DNA of 64,000 bases from Anthoceros angustus (Eukaryota; Plantae; Anthocerotophyta): assembly GCA_010909165.1 (NCBI GenBank), contig MU008190.1:407166-471165 (forward strand), in the 5' to 3' direction. Every line of letters begins with the position of its first letter. The stretch's first letter is position 1. Shown piece by piece: positions 1 to 11,114 of this stretch. A model generated the notes under the pieces. That model had not been told where the DNA came from, ran no database searches, and worked only from the letters and a program-made list of their open reading frames with translations. A program made the position numbers and the translations under genes.

Positions 1-481
1 CCAACCGACCACTACCGACGGTTCCTCCTGGCCCTCCCATTCGAAAATCTGGCCACCAACTCTTCAACATGGATAACAAGGCACGTCTGAACTTGCGGAA
101 GCTTGCACGGTCCGGAATTTTCAGATTGTTGCAGAAGGAACGCTAGAGAGATGATTTGCGCGCGTCCCATTGCCCAGCGAGCTCCTGCGTGTCTTGCCCA
201 TTTTGGGCGGAGAACGTGTTGCCTCAGTTCTTTCTCCAAGTCTGGGAAACCTAACGGGCGCGATGGAGCTGCCAAGTGAACACGGAATTCCTGCAAGTCT
301 TGCGTAGGGGTTCCATCGGCTGACGTCATCCTATTGTTGGGGGGTTAGCTCAGGTGGTGCTCATTCCGCCTGAGAAAGGACCTCGGTCTGTTGACTTCAG
401 GGCAGTGAATGTCGAAGGACGCACTGCTGGTGAACAACCTATACAGACCTGCTTGGGTGGATTTCCAGGCGGTTATGCAGG

Positions 482-3271
482 ATGCACCACTGTGGGGAAG
501 GAGCCTCCACTGTCGGCAGTGTAAGGCAGACAGACTTCCCTTGCAGTCTTGTGGACAAGTCATCTCCTTCTCGATATTGCTGCACCAAGAAGTGGATACA
601 TGTTCCGGACCCTCATAGACCGACCATTGTGTGGACTTGCACCCTTTGCAGGACTGCATACACATCAGAGTACATTCATGAACTGGAAACTGTGGGCAAT
701 CGAGGATGTCTGGACAAGGGACTAGGCGTGCTGCTCTGCATGGATCAGCGGGGAATCGCACCTTCTGTGCAGTTGTACAAGAATCTGTTGCTAGCCTGCA
801 CGAAGAAAAATTCCCTTCACGAGGCCAAGCTGGTGCATGCCCATTTGGCAAAGCATGGGTTGGAGTCCAACAGAATGCTGCTCGACCTTGTTGTCACCAC
901 GCTGGTGAACTGTGGTAGCCTCGCCGAGGGGCTTCAGTTGTTTCACCGGCTGCCCCGGCGAACTGTTTTCTCTTGGACAGCCGTCATCTCAGGGTATAGC
1001 AATGCAGGGCAATGTCGGGAGGCTATCCTATGCTACAAGCAGATGCAACAGGAGGGTGTTTGGCCGGATAGTTATACATTTGTCAGCGTGCTTAAAGCAT
1101 GCAGCAAGTTGGAGGACTTGGAAGAGGGCAAGCGCATTCACGCTGCTATTGTATGTCATGGGTTGGAATCAGACATGTTTGTTGCAAGTACCTTGATCAG
1201 TATGTATGCAAAGTGTGGTAGCATGATGGATGCACAACATGTGTTTGATGGACTGACCCAGCGGAATGTAGTGTCATGGACAGCCATGGTTGCAGCGTAT
1301 GCTCAAAAGGACCAAGGAGATAAAGCTTTACAGATTTTTTGGCAAATGCAAGAAGAAGGCGTCAGACCAGATTCACGGACCTTTGTCTGTGCGCTCCAAG
1401 CTTGTGGCAGCCTTGCGGAGAGAGAGGAAAGGGCAGTCGAGGAAGGGCAAAGTGTTAAGAAGCAGTCTCTCCAGAAAGGTAGGATAGTCCATGCTGCCGC
1501 TGTTGAGAGCGGTTGGGAATCAGACAGCTTTGTAGGCAATTCTTTGGTGAGCATGTATGCAAAATGTGGGAGCCTTAAGGATGCCCAAGTCGTCTTCGAT
1601 GGTCTGTACCATCCCAATTTAGTTTCATGGAATGCCATGATGGCAGCACATGCCCAGCAGGACCAAGGAGCCAAGGCCCTGCAGATATTTCAGCAGATGC
1701 AAGAGAAAGATGTCATGCCAGATGCCCGGACTTTTGTCAGCGCTCTTCAAGCATGTAGCAGCCTAGCTGAAAACGAGGTAGCCAGGCTGCAGGAGGGGAA
1801 ATATGTTAAGTTTGAGTCCCTGCGCAAGGCCAGAAAATTACATGCTGCAGTAACAGACAGGGGCTTGGAGTTGAATGTTTTTGTCGGCAGCAGTTTGGTC
1901 AGTGTCTATGCGAAGTGTTGGAGCATCGAGGATGCAGAGCAGGTGTTCGAAAGATTGTCCAACCGCAATGTCGTGTGTTGGAGTGCCATGATTGCAGCAT
2001 ATTCACAGCAGGAACTAGCCGAAAAGGCCTTACAGATGTATGCACGAATGCAAGAGGCAGGATTCAGGCCAAATGCAAGAACCATTGCTAGCACTCTTCA
2101 AGCATGTGGCAGTCTTGCAGAAAGAGAGCAATGTGCTGTTATGGATGGGCAGAACGTGAAGCTGGACTCCCTGCAGAAGGGAAGGGAAATTCACGCTCGA
2201 GCCACTGAGCTAGGGTTTGAGTCAGACACATATGTTGCAAACAGTTTGGTCAGCATGTACGCCAAGTGCGGGAGCATCAGAGATGCAACAGAAGTGTTCG
2301 ACAGATTGTCCCAGCGAGACGTGGTGTCATGGAACGCCATGATTGCAGCATACTCGCAGCAGGAGCAAGGTGACAAGGCTCTGCAACTCTACGCCCGGAT
2401 GGGAGCAGAAGGTGTGGAACCTCGGGAAGGTACGCTCGTAGCTGTGCTTGAAGCATGCAGCAGTACGGGAGCCTTGGAAATGTGTCGAGGTGTTCACCAG
2501 AGTGTGGTGGAGTGTGGATTCCACTCCAACCTCTCCATAGCAACCAGTCTCATCCACGCATACGGCAAGTGCGGAAGCATGTCGGACGCACAGCAGGTGT
2601 TCAACTCTTTGCCCCAGCCAAATGTGGTATCATACACTGCCCTGATTGCCAGCTATGCCCGAGTTGGAGACGCCGAGGCCAGTGCGCTGTGCTACGAAGC
2701 CATGTGTCGAACAGGTGTGGAACCAGATGCAATCACATTCCTGACGCTCCTGTCGGCGTGCACCAACGCCGGGGCGGTGGAGAAGGGACTGGAGTACTTC
2801 GAGAGCATGGGCCGCGACCACGGCATCTCCGCAGGGTTAGGGCACTATGCATGCGTGATCGATCTGGTCGGCCGTGCAGGACTGTTCCGGAAGGCGGAAG
2901 CGCTCCTGGCGGGAATGCCTATGAAGCCTGATCTGCCGGTGTGGTTGTGCGTTCTTGGCGCGTGCCGGAAGCACGGCAATGTGGTGCTGGCGGAACGCGC
3001 CTTCAACCAAGCCGTGCACCTGGCGCCTCTGCACGGTGCCGCCTACGTGCTCATGTCCAACGTATACGCCGATGCTGGTATGCAGGATCGCGCAAACGAG
3101 GTTGATGAGGTGAGGCAGACCAGGGTCGCGTGGAAGGAGCCGGCCCAGAGCTGGATCGAGCACCAACGCAAGGTGCACACCTTTCTGGTCGGAGACCGGA
3201 GGCACCAGCAGGAGGGTCAGCTGTATGCACTGCTGGACGCTGTGAAGGCAGACCTGAGGCAAACTGTGTAA
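482..3271 (+). CDS. PLS-class pentatricopeptide repeat protein, E1-E2-E+ C-terminus, no complete DYW domain (probable organellar RNA-editing factor)
   Basis: Intronless 929-aa ORF with about 20 P/L/S motifs in triplets (e.g. SDMFVASTLISMYAKCGS, RNVVSWTAMVAAY), then E1 (PDLPVWLCVLGACRKHGN), E2 (AAYVLMSNVYADAG) and a truncated DYW start (KEPAQSWIE...HTFLVGD). Confidence 0.95.
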   Translation: MHHCGEGASTVGSVRQTDFPCSLVDKSSPSRYCCTKKWIHVPDPHRPTIVWTCTLCRTAYTSEYIHELETVGNRGCLDKGLGVLLCMDQRGIAPSVQLYKNLLLACTKKNSLHEAKLVHAHLAKHGLESNRMLLDLVVTTLVNCGSLAEGLQLFHRLPRRTVFSWTAVISGYSNAGQCREAILCYKQMQQEGVWPDSYTFVSVLKACSKLEDLEEGKRIHAAIVCHGLESDMFVASTLISMYAKCGSMMDAQHVFDGLTQRNVVSWTAMVAAYAQKDQGDKALQIFWQMQEEGVRPDSRTFVCALQACGSLAEREERAVEEGQSVKKQSLQKGRIVHAAAVESGWESDSFVGNSLVSMYAKCGSLKDAQVVFDGLYHPNLVSWNAMMAAHAQQDQGAKALQIFQQMQEKDVMPDARTFVSALQACSSLAENEVARLQEGKYVKFESLRKARKLHAAVTDRGLELNVFVGSSLVSVYAKCWSIEDAEQVFERLSNRNVVCWSAMIAAYSQQELAEKALQMYARMQEAGFRPNARTIASTLQACGSLAEREQCAVMDGQNVKLDSLQKGREIHARATELGFESDTYVANSLVSMYAKCGSIRDATEVFDRLSQRDVVSWNAMIAAYSQQEQGDKALQLYARMGAEGVEPREGTLVAVLEACSSTGALEMCRGVHQSVVECGFHSNLSIATSLIHAYGKCGSMSDAQQVFNSLPQPNVVSYTALIASYARVGDAEASALCYEAMCRTGVEPDAITFLTLLSACTNAGAVEKGLEYFESMGRDHGISAGLGHYACVIDLVGRAGLFRKAEALLAGMPMKPDLPVWLCVLGACRKHGNVVLAERAFNQAVHLAPLHGAAYVLMSNVYADAGMQDRANEVDEVRQTRVAWKEPAQSWIEHQRKVHTFLVGDRRHQQEGQLYALLDAVKADLRQTV

Positions 3272-3295
3272 ACCCGTCTGGCTTCTAAACTCGAC

Positions 3296-3425
3296 AAGAA
3301 AGAAGAATTTCATTTAACTCCACTAAGGACGGATTTCCGTTATATGGGACTTGGTACTTAACAACTTGTACCACTCCCTTTAGGCACCCCATCTAAGTAC
3401 CGATATAAGCTCAGGATGCTTAATC
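3296..3425 (+). repeat. Dispersed ~150-bp repeat, copy 1
   Basis: AAGAAAGAAGAATTT..CACTAAGGACG.ATTTCCGT...GGCACCCCATC.AAGTACCGAT...CAGGATGCTTAA is shared with 5109-5275. Confidence 0.7.
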
Positions 3426-4327
3426 ACGGCCTAAGCCATTTGGACACACATACGTATATAAACACGGTTGAGAGACACTTTGGCATCGACAGTCCACCGC
3501 AAGCTAACGTGGACGGAAGAGAAGGGAAAGGACAATCGCAACATCCGCTGTCTGAAACAGTCCGATTCTGCGAGTATCAGCGAATACGTACATTGTGTCG
3601 ACTGGAGTCCCGATATGGAGCTTCCGGCACACGCCAGGCTCCTTCAGACGTACACCAGATGCAGGTCTTCCCATCATCCAACTCAATTTAATATAGATGG
3701 GAAAAGGGATGATCATAAAATCGCTACTAGAAAAAGAAGGGATGATCATAGTATTTAGTTAGTAGTTTTACACGTAGCATTTAGGTAGGTACCTGTAATA
3801 CACCGGAAAAGAAGACTTTATTATAAAAAAGAACCTGTAATGTAATTTGGTGTCAGCTACTCTTTGTTATTATTTTGTGCATTTTTTATCAATATAATTT
3901 AATTCAATTCAATGAAAGTGGTCTCACACACACAACCCCAAGACCGAGTCAAGCGTGCCCTAATCCAAGGCCAAATCAAGCATGCCCTAATTCAGCAACG
4001 ACACCATAGGCCACAGCCATTACACTTTTCTACTTTGTAGTCAACACCTCTTCCTATTTGTAATATTTATCCGTTATGTCATGTTCAATCTGATGGGTTC
4101 CATGGCTGATTAGTGATGGGTTTGCAGACAAGGCTGGTGGTGGTCTTGAAATGGGGAATTGACAGGGTGCAGATTTTTGGAATCAAGGCTTTGGGTATTG
4201 GGCTAATTGCGTTAGTTAACTTAACTTAACTTGATTTGACTTGACTTGACTGGATTTGCGGGCGTTTTCTGATGGGAGAAGCTGGGTTTATTACAGCATG
4301 CTCCCGGTAGTGCGGGCTGTGGCTTAG

Positions 4328-4620
4328 AAGGTACCCTACTCTGCTGTTTGTAGTATTATTGTACCACCTTACAAAGAAGGCAGAATAAAAGGTACCCTAC
4401 TCTGCTGTTTGTAGTATTATTGTGTCACCTTACAAAGAAGTCGGAACAAGGCAAGTATCTATTGTTCTAGTATTGTTGTTCCACCTTACAAAGAAGCTAA
4501 TAAATCTGCACTACTCTCGCTTTGTAGTATTATTGTGCCACCTTACAAAGAAGCTGAAACATAAGGTACGCTACTCCGCTGTTTGTAGTATTGTTGTACC
4601 ACCTTACAAAGAAGTTGGAG
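4328..4620. repeat. Minisatellite, 5 units of 56-61 bp
   Basis: Core GTAGTATT(A/G)TTGT..CACCTTACAAAGAAG starts at 4350, 4411, 4467, 4524 and 4585. Confidence 0.9.
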
Positions 4621-5108
4621 CAGCTCTAGATTATCCATATGGGTAATCGGTTCAAATTATCTATTTTATTCTGTATTGTATATTTATATGCCTTAACAGT
4701 TCATACTAGGAACGTGGCATACCCCATGTCAAATGTAGAGGACAAATAGTGGAATCAATACGAAGTTTGCATATTCCAGCATTAGCGTTGCAGGAATGAT
4801 TTCACTGTCTATCCCTTATTGCCGATACGTGGTGCCACTGTCCGAAGGCTACCGATATCTACGTCCAGCAGTACTTGTGGCTAGCGGCTAAGGAATCTGT
4901 CTAGTGCACGAAGATACTATGTCGTGGGAAGTCGAGATGGTGGGACGGTAGGATCTCTTGTTTGAAAAAATAACAATCACAAGTATTTACGATCGACAAG
5001 ATATAGAAGACGAAGAAGAAGTCTGTTTTAGTACACTTATAAGCCACTCCAGACTTCGCAACCTGCATGGAAGCAGCCATAGTTAGCATTATGCGACGTC
5101 AGTGTAAA

Positions 5109-5275
5109 AAAAGAAAGAAGAATTTTATTTTAAGATCACTAAGGACGAATTTCCGTTGTGGAACTGGGTTCTTGATAGCTTGTATTATGGTGTGCCTAAG
5201 CTACTACCACCAAGGGTATCCATTCCCTCAAGGCACCCCATCCAAGTACCGATCGAATTGCAGGATGCTTAACAA
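5109..5275 (+). repeat. Dispersed ~150-bp repeat, copy 2
   Basis: Aligns to 3296-3425 and to the reverse complement of ~23815-23960 (ATGGTGTGCCTAAGCTACTA.CACCAAG shared). Confidence 0.7.
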
Positions 5276-5762
5276 CGATGTTCTTATAAATGAGTGTCCA
5301 AATGGATCCCTTAGTGCCAGCAACTTAGAAGTTGTCAAGTGCCTGGTCACATGATAGGAAAATTCCATCCAAGTGGATTATAATGACACAAATTTATAAC
5401 TAGGGATCCCTCGATGAGTGTAATACTGATTATTAAAATTTTGATATTGATTTGTTAAGCTGCCACCCTAGCTCTGTCGGTAAACCCTAACTCAGTTTAC
5501 TACTTGTGCTATGGGTCAAGTAGCATTTTCCGTGGTGATCAGTTGGTTATAGAATTTCCAATCCTCGTCCCCGAACTTTCCTTGACATTGTTGATTGATT
5601 CTGTTCCGCTGTTACTTCCTTTTCACTATCTCTATCTTATCTCTTCTGTTCTGCTTCTATTGATTACTTCCCTTTCACTGTTTCTATCTTGTCTCCGGTT
5701 CAGACGTACATATGTGTATTGTCATGCCGTGTGATACTAATCTTTGCACTTGGGTTTAGTGT

Positions 5763-5957
5763 TTGATTAGCATTAATTAATCTAATTACTTATTTTAAGT
5801 AAGTAATTAGTGTTAATTAGTCTAAGGTGCTTATGCTAATTAAACATTGATTAGTGTTAATTAGTCTAAGGTGCTTTATGCTAATTAAGCATTGATTAGT
5901 GTTAATTAATCTAATGTATTTATGTTAATTAAGCATTGATTAGTGTTAATTAAACAT
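5763..5957. repeat. AT-rich tandem repeat, ~44-bp unit, ~4 copies
   Basis: ATTGATTAGTGTTAATTAGTCTAAGGTGCTT(T)ATGCTAATTAA repeated. Confidence 0.85.
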
Positions 5958-6499
5958 GGTTAGCAATAGCTATGGATAAGCTCAAGTAATATGCTTTGGC
6001 ATATTCCTTGCATATTATAGTGTATTCTTAGGATATTTCCGCATACCGACGCCATAGGATATCTTAGAATATGCCACGCTGGTCAAGATATATCGACCCT
6101 TCCATTGAGGACAAGCGATTATAGCTTGTCCTCCAGATATGCAAGCTGGGAGGCCAAAGCCGACCCGAGCGTGGCGAATTATGCATTGTTGTTAGGTGAG
6201 TGTTTACGACGCATACTTCCCTCCTGTCATATTGGTTGCACCTATATATCTAGATGCGTATTAGATTTGCTTGCTTGGTTGTTGGTCGAGGAAGTGCTTA
6301 TATGAATTCAAGTGCTTACCTCGTGTGACAGTATATTTTTTTTCTACCATTTATGAGCTGTATCTTTTCTATCCCATGTTGGTCCTTCAACCCTGAGTGG
6401 ACATCAATACCATTGTTGTTGTTGTTGGTGGTACAACTACAGGCCTTTACCATGGGATCGAGGGTGCGAGCCCCTTGGGGGGTAATCCATCCTCTTGGG

Positions 6500-6690
6500 C
6501 ACACCATCCTCTTTTTGATTTATGTTTCTATCTAGTTGATATGCACACCATCCTTTTTTTGATTTATGTTTCTATCTAGTTGATATGGACACCATCCTCT
6601 TTTTCATATATGTTTCTATTTAGTTGATATAGGAGAATATGGTCAATAGCATACCATTATCTTTTACATTTTTTTCTATCTAGTTGATGC
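6500..6690. repeat. Tandem repeat, ~44-bp unit, 3 good copies plus a degenerate one
   Basis: CACCATCCT.TTTTT.ATTTATGTTTCTATCTAGTTGATATG repeated. Confidence 0.85.
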
Positions 6691-6872
6691 AGGGGAATAT
6701 CGTCTATGCGCATTGCTTCTATTTGACTTTTGCAATTATCGGAGTGTCATTATGAACCTCCTCCCCAATAATAAGACCAGAAGAAAAGGGCTTGAAACTA
6801 GGTACTTAAAAACAGTCCAAAGCAGAACTGATTAGATACATATATGTTGACAGCTGTAGACATATTATGTCG

Positions 6873-8822
6873 TCAGTTGGGATTGCCAGCACCCAGATTC
6901 CGCAGGAGGTGTATTGCACTCGTTGCGACTGCTTCCATCTGGTTCCGTGAGTAAACTGGCTCCGGGTAGATGAGCGAGAGGCAAAGCTCTGGCCCTGCAG
7001 CTAGCATAGTCTCACCAATGCAGAAGCAGGGCCCTGGACCGTGCATGGAGGAAAACGGCCCATACGTGCCTGCCAGGTTAAGGTGCTCTGTGTTCCCCCA
7101 ATCGCAGTGAAGTGTGTCTGTGAAGATGGAGAAGAGGGATGTTCGCCTTGACGGGCCCGTTGTCATGTTCGGATGCTTCAGCACCTGCCAGGAGTGTATA
7201 TGTGAGATAGCTAGCTGGTGCAAGGAATTCTTGATGTTGTGCTAGCTAAGGAAACCTTGACCTTCCTTACCTTGGAGAACAGCCCGTTCATGGTTGCCAA
7301 GAGACTGAAGTGCTTGTCCGCCTTCAGAGATTTGTCGACGGTGGAGGAGATGCTGCGCGCCAGGCTCCAGAGGTCTTCATCGCTTGTAATCTTCTTTTGG
7401 AGGGGTATGCCCACAGATAATGCTCCGACAGCTGATTTAGGGAGCGCACATGGAAGAAGAGGCCGGCAGTCTACTATGCTGCAGCGGACAAATTGGGACG
7501 TCAACAGACTAAAAAATGACATGACATCACACTTAAAATCTTGAACCTGAGGGCCGTGCACCTTGTGAAGCCAAATTCCGGACTGGAGCTGTTGCCCGGC
7601 TGCTGCCTCCAAAAAGTGTATGAGGCCTTCAGGTAGGCAGAGGCTACGATAGCATAGAGCGGAACATCCTTGCAGCTATCCAGCAGAGCCAGCAAAGACT
7701 TGGTTCCTGCGGGGAATACCAGTGACGACAAGTTACAAAAGAGGTGTCATTGTCAAGAACGAATGACGATCATGAGCTGCGACTGATCAGACCTACCTGG
7801 CTTTCCGAGGCTGTGGCTCACAATTCCCGATCGAAGACCCTCCTTTCTGTCAGCGAAGCCCGCTTGGAAGGGCAGAAGGGAGCAGCTGAGAGATTTCCCG
7901 ATCAGTGAGCCTGCAGTCAGCCACGACGAACCCTTGTATTTGGTGGGAATCAGGTCCTCGATAGAAGCCACAATCTTGTCAGCATTCACGGCCTGTGCGG
8001 AAACCGAGGTCGGCATGCCAATCGCAGCATTGAGAGCAGCCAGGAACGACGTGGCGAAAAGGGAGCAGGCCTGCCGGTCCAGGGCCGCTCCATGCACCCT
8101 GATTGCAATGATACTCTCTGCCTCCGACTTGTGGTAATAGACATGGAATTCCAATACATGACTGGTGCTGAACTGAGTGTTGAGCTCCTCTCTCACGATC
8201 CAGTACAGACTCTTGCTCACCTCGAGGTCAGGGCTTGAGTCCCCCGGCAGAGTGAGAAAGTGAGAAAAATCCGCTGTCTCGGGAGCGAGTTCCGGCCAAG
8301 GCCTCACCTCTACAGCAGCCTGCTGTGCTGCAACCTAACAAGAAGCAGCAGACACTTTCAAAGGAGGTGGACAATCAAAAGGAGCCCGGGAGCAGCTCTT
8401 CCCCATGTCCAGCCTTCAAGACCATTGGAGTAGTAGTAGTACGGTCACCTGGAAGACGTGCTTTTCCTTGCCAGCGGCCAGGGCCACTATCTGTGCGCGG
8501 AATAGAGCATCCTCGCTGGTAGCCTGTGGAAAAAGTCCATGTTCGTGTGAATTTCCTCTCCTATGATCTCAGGCCCCAGCTCCACAAGAGTTCAAGGCAG
8601 CCTAAAGAACGTGACGTTACATTTGCTGATGATCACCTTGTGAGCTGCGATTGAAATGAGCTTGGTGTTCACAATACGCTTGAGCGCAATGCCGAAGACC
8701 ACCACTCCCGTGCCTTGCGCCGCGGCCTTTGTCCAGTTCTCCTCGGTGACTCCCAGCTCCCGAGCCTGGTAACGGCCCTCACCGTTTCCCGCCCGGCCCG
8801 ACTCTGCCGCCGGCTTCTCCAT
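6873..8822 (-). CDS. Plant CoA-dependent acyltransferase / alcohol-acetyltransferase-like (condensation-fold) protein, 6 exons
   Basis: Phase-consistent GT-AG exons 8822-8637, 8523-8449, 8334-7797, 7706-7562, 7478-7271, 7184-6873. Family-like motifs: RELGVTEENWTKAAAQGTG, IRVHGAALDRQAC, IEDLIP, IVDCRPLL, SSMHGPGP, YPEPVYSRNQM. Confidence 0.8.
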
Positions 8823-9479
8823 CGCAGCAGAGTCTGGAGTCGTGAGTCCTGCCTCTCCACAGTGTCTTGGAAGTGAAAATTCAGATCGCGACCCTCAGCG
8901 ATGAGAGCCCGAGGTGTGGCGCTACAAAGCCTGATGGCAGGCGGCCGGCGTACCATAGTAACTTGCAGTTGGTGGCATTTATGCTCGCCTGTGATGAAGT
9001 TCGGTACAAACTCTCTTGCATTCAAAGTTGCCCCTGGTACAGCTGCGCGGGAGTCACGGTCAATTTTTTTTCTATTTTAACGAATTTTATTTTTTATTAT
9101 AAATATTTCAAAGTATACATTCAAATCCACACTAAAATTTTGATATGGATATTTTGAGTAACATAGTAGGGTACTAACGCAGCTCGCACAAAGCGGTGGC
9201 ACTGAAGGTTCATGAAGTTGGGAGATGGATAGTACCTTATCTAAGTATTGATCCATCCAAAGGATACATAACTTTGGAGTTTGAATGAACTCATGTCATC
9301 CATCCACTAACTCCACCTCAATAGCTTTACAAATATTGGCAGGGAATCGAAGAGCCAATTTAAAGAGAATATGAGTGACGACGACACGACGAATGAGGGC
9401 TATGTAATTGTAAGGAACAATGCAAACCCAATTTGGCAGTATACATGGTTAGTGGTAGTGAGGCTATGCTTAGGACTTC

Positions 9480-9740
9480 AGTAATCTAATCTACTTTAGG
9501 CAATTACTTAAGGATGAAGAATGTTAAAGAGAAGTTGAATACCTGAAGATGAGGTTGAGTACTACTCTAATATTAGAAATATATGACCCCAAGAAGGATG
9601 TGGAAGTACTCTAATATTAGAAATATATGACCCCAAGAAGGATGTGGAAGTATACAGTGATACCTCAAACCTAACCATAGGTGGAGTGTTGTTGCAAGAC
9701 CATAAGCAATAACTTCCGAGTCCAAAAAATTGTGTCAATA
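9480..9740 (+). mobile_element. Decayed Ty3/gypsy RT-RNase H junction fragment with an internal 44-bp duplication
   Basis: Reads ..LKMRLSTTLILEIYDPKKDVEVYSDTSNLTIGGVLLQD, like the gypsy 'D.SKPF.V.TDAS..AIGGVL.Q' motif. TACTCTAATATTAGAAATATATGACCCCAAGAAGGATGTGGAAG occurs twice. Confidence 0.6.
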
Positions 9741-10583
9741 TGAATTGAAGTATCCCACCTAATATAAAAATTATTAATTCCATGTGAGATTAAGCTTCTA
9801 TTGACTTGAACCTACAACAAAACTCAAATTTAATCAATTTCACGAAACTCAAAAATAATTTAATTTCCGTCGAAAACTATTCCCCCTATGTTAATCAAAA
9901 GGATGTAGCTAAGTTATTTTTCTTTATCCATATTAACAAAAAATATTTTTTTATCAAGAGATCGTATTTTGGGAAAACATGTGGGGATATAATTATGTTA
10001 AAAAATATATTCACGTTAATTAAGTTGATCTTGATAATTGAAAGGAAAGTAAAGTAAAGAGAAGTGAAACTTATTTTGAAGAAAAGATCAACATTGTGGA
10101 TACTAGAGAATATTCTATCTTGTAGAAAGAAGAGTTTATACAACTTTGACAGTTTTGTGTTATAAATTAATTGAACAGTTTTTTGAACTTTTTCTTAGTG
10201 GTAAGTTATTGTCGATTTTGGTTTTTTGAACTTCTCATTAGTAAGTCCTTATCGGAAATAAGTGTACTATTTTCCTATATATGTGTGTCACCTCATTCAT
10301 TTGAGACATGTGACTTGTTGGATGTTGAGTTTGAGTCATGCCACCTAGGTCATCCAAGGTAAGAATGTTATTCATTTCAAATATGCATTATCTATTGTTG
10401 TACTTGTATGTTATTTGAGCATGAGTCATGCATTCCTAGATCATCCAAGGTAAAATGTTGGTTTCTAGTTCATATATTAATTGTATAGATGATTGTGATC
10501 TTACTTTCTATTTTATTTTTCCTATAGTCTGCGATGTAATTGTTCGGTTGTTCTTCTCAAGAGTTGCATCACTTGATTTGCAG

Positions 10584-11114
10584 GCCATATCCAAGAGAGT
10601 AATGGAAGAGTCTGGGGTGGCAGTGGAAAAAGAGCCGGAGCTCACAGTGGAGAAAGAGTGTGAGTTAGCAGTGGAGAAAGAGTCTGAGTTGGTTGTGAAG
10701 AAAGAATCAGTGCTGGAAGTGGATGAAGAGCCCGAGCTGGCTGTGGAAGAAGAGCCAACTTGGAGCACTCTACGAATAGCGCTTGCCAGTCGCGCAGATG
10801 ATCCACTGTGTCTCGCCCTAATTGGGAGTGCCATCCGCTTCCAGCCGGGCATAAAGTCTCTTGCTCATATTCAAGGGGTGCCTGAATATGTGTGGAACCC
10901 AGGACCCCCTGGTCAGGCGCTACGTGCACCAGAGGGATGGATGTGTTCGTCTAATGGTCAAATTTATCCAAGTCCTGAGTTTCTTTCGCAATTTGGGGGT
11001 CCTTTTCAATTAATAGACACCCCAGACAACTTGAGAGCTTACCTTATGGTGCATCATCCCAAGGTGAACCCTACTGTTGTTCTGGCTACATTTTTGTGGC
11101 CACCCTCTACTTAG
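10584..11114 (+). CDS. Unknown ORF or exon with an acidic 8-aa tandem repeat and a C-terminal domain weakly resembling an MBD fold
   Basis: Part of the 219-aa ORF 10455-11114, with a possible acceptor TTTGCAG at ~10583. About 6 x 24-bp units encode (E)L.VEKE., followed by PEGW...IYPSP...LRAYLMVHHP...FLW. Sits in AT-rich, TE-like flanks. Confidence 0.4.
   Translation, partial: AISKRVMEESGVAVEKEPELTVEKECELAVEKESELVVKKESVLEVDEEPELAVEEEPTWSTLRIALASRADDPLCLALIGSAIRFQPGIKSLAHIQGVPEYVWNPGPPGQALRAPEGWMCSSNGQIYPSPEFLSQFGGPFQLIDTPDNLRAYLMVHHPKVNPTVVLATFLWPPST

Noticed and set aside
345-3313. Minus-strand ORFs overlapping the PPR gene (345-851, 1303-1674, 2837-3313 and others)
   Set aside because: Antisense shadows of a long coding sequence; no motifs.
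4328-4620. CRISPR array
   Set aside because: Linkers are related to each other rather than unique, there are no cas genes, and the context is eukaryotic.
9806-10362. AT-rich ORFs of 60-83 aa
   Set aside because: Composition (F/I/K/N-rich) simply reflects AT-rich non-coding DNA.
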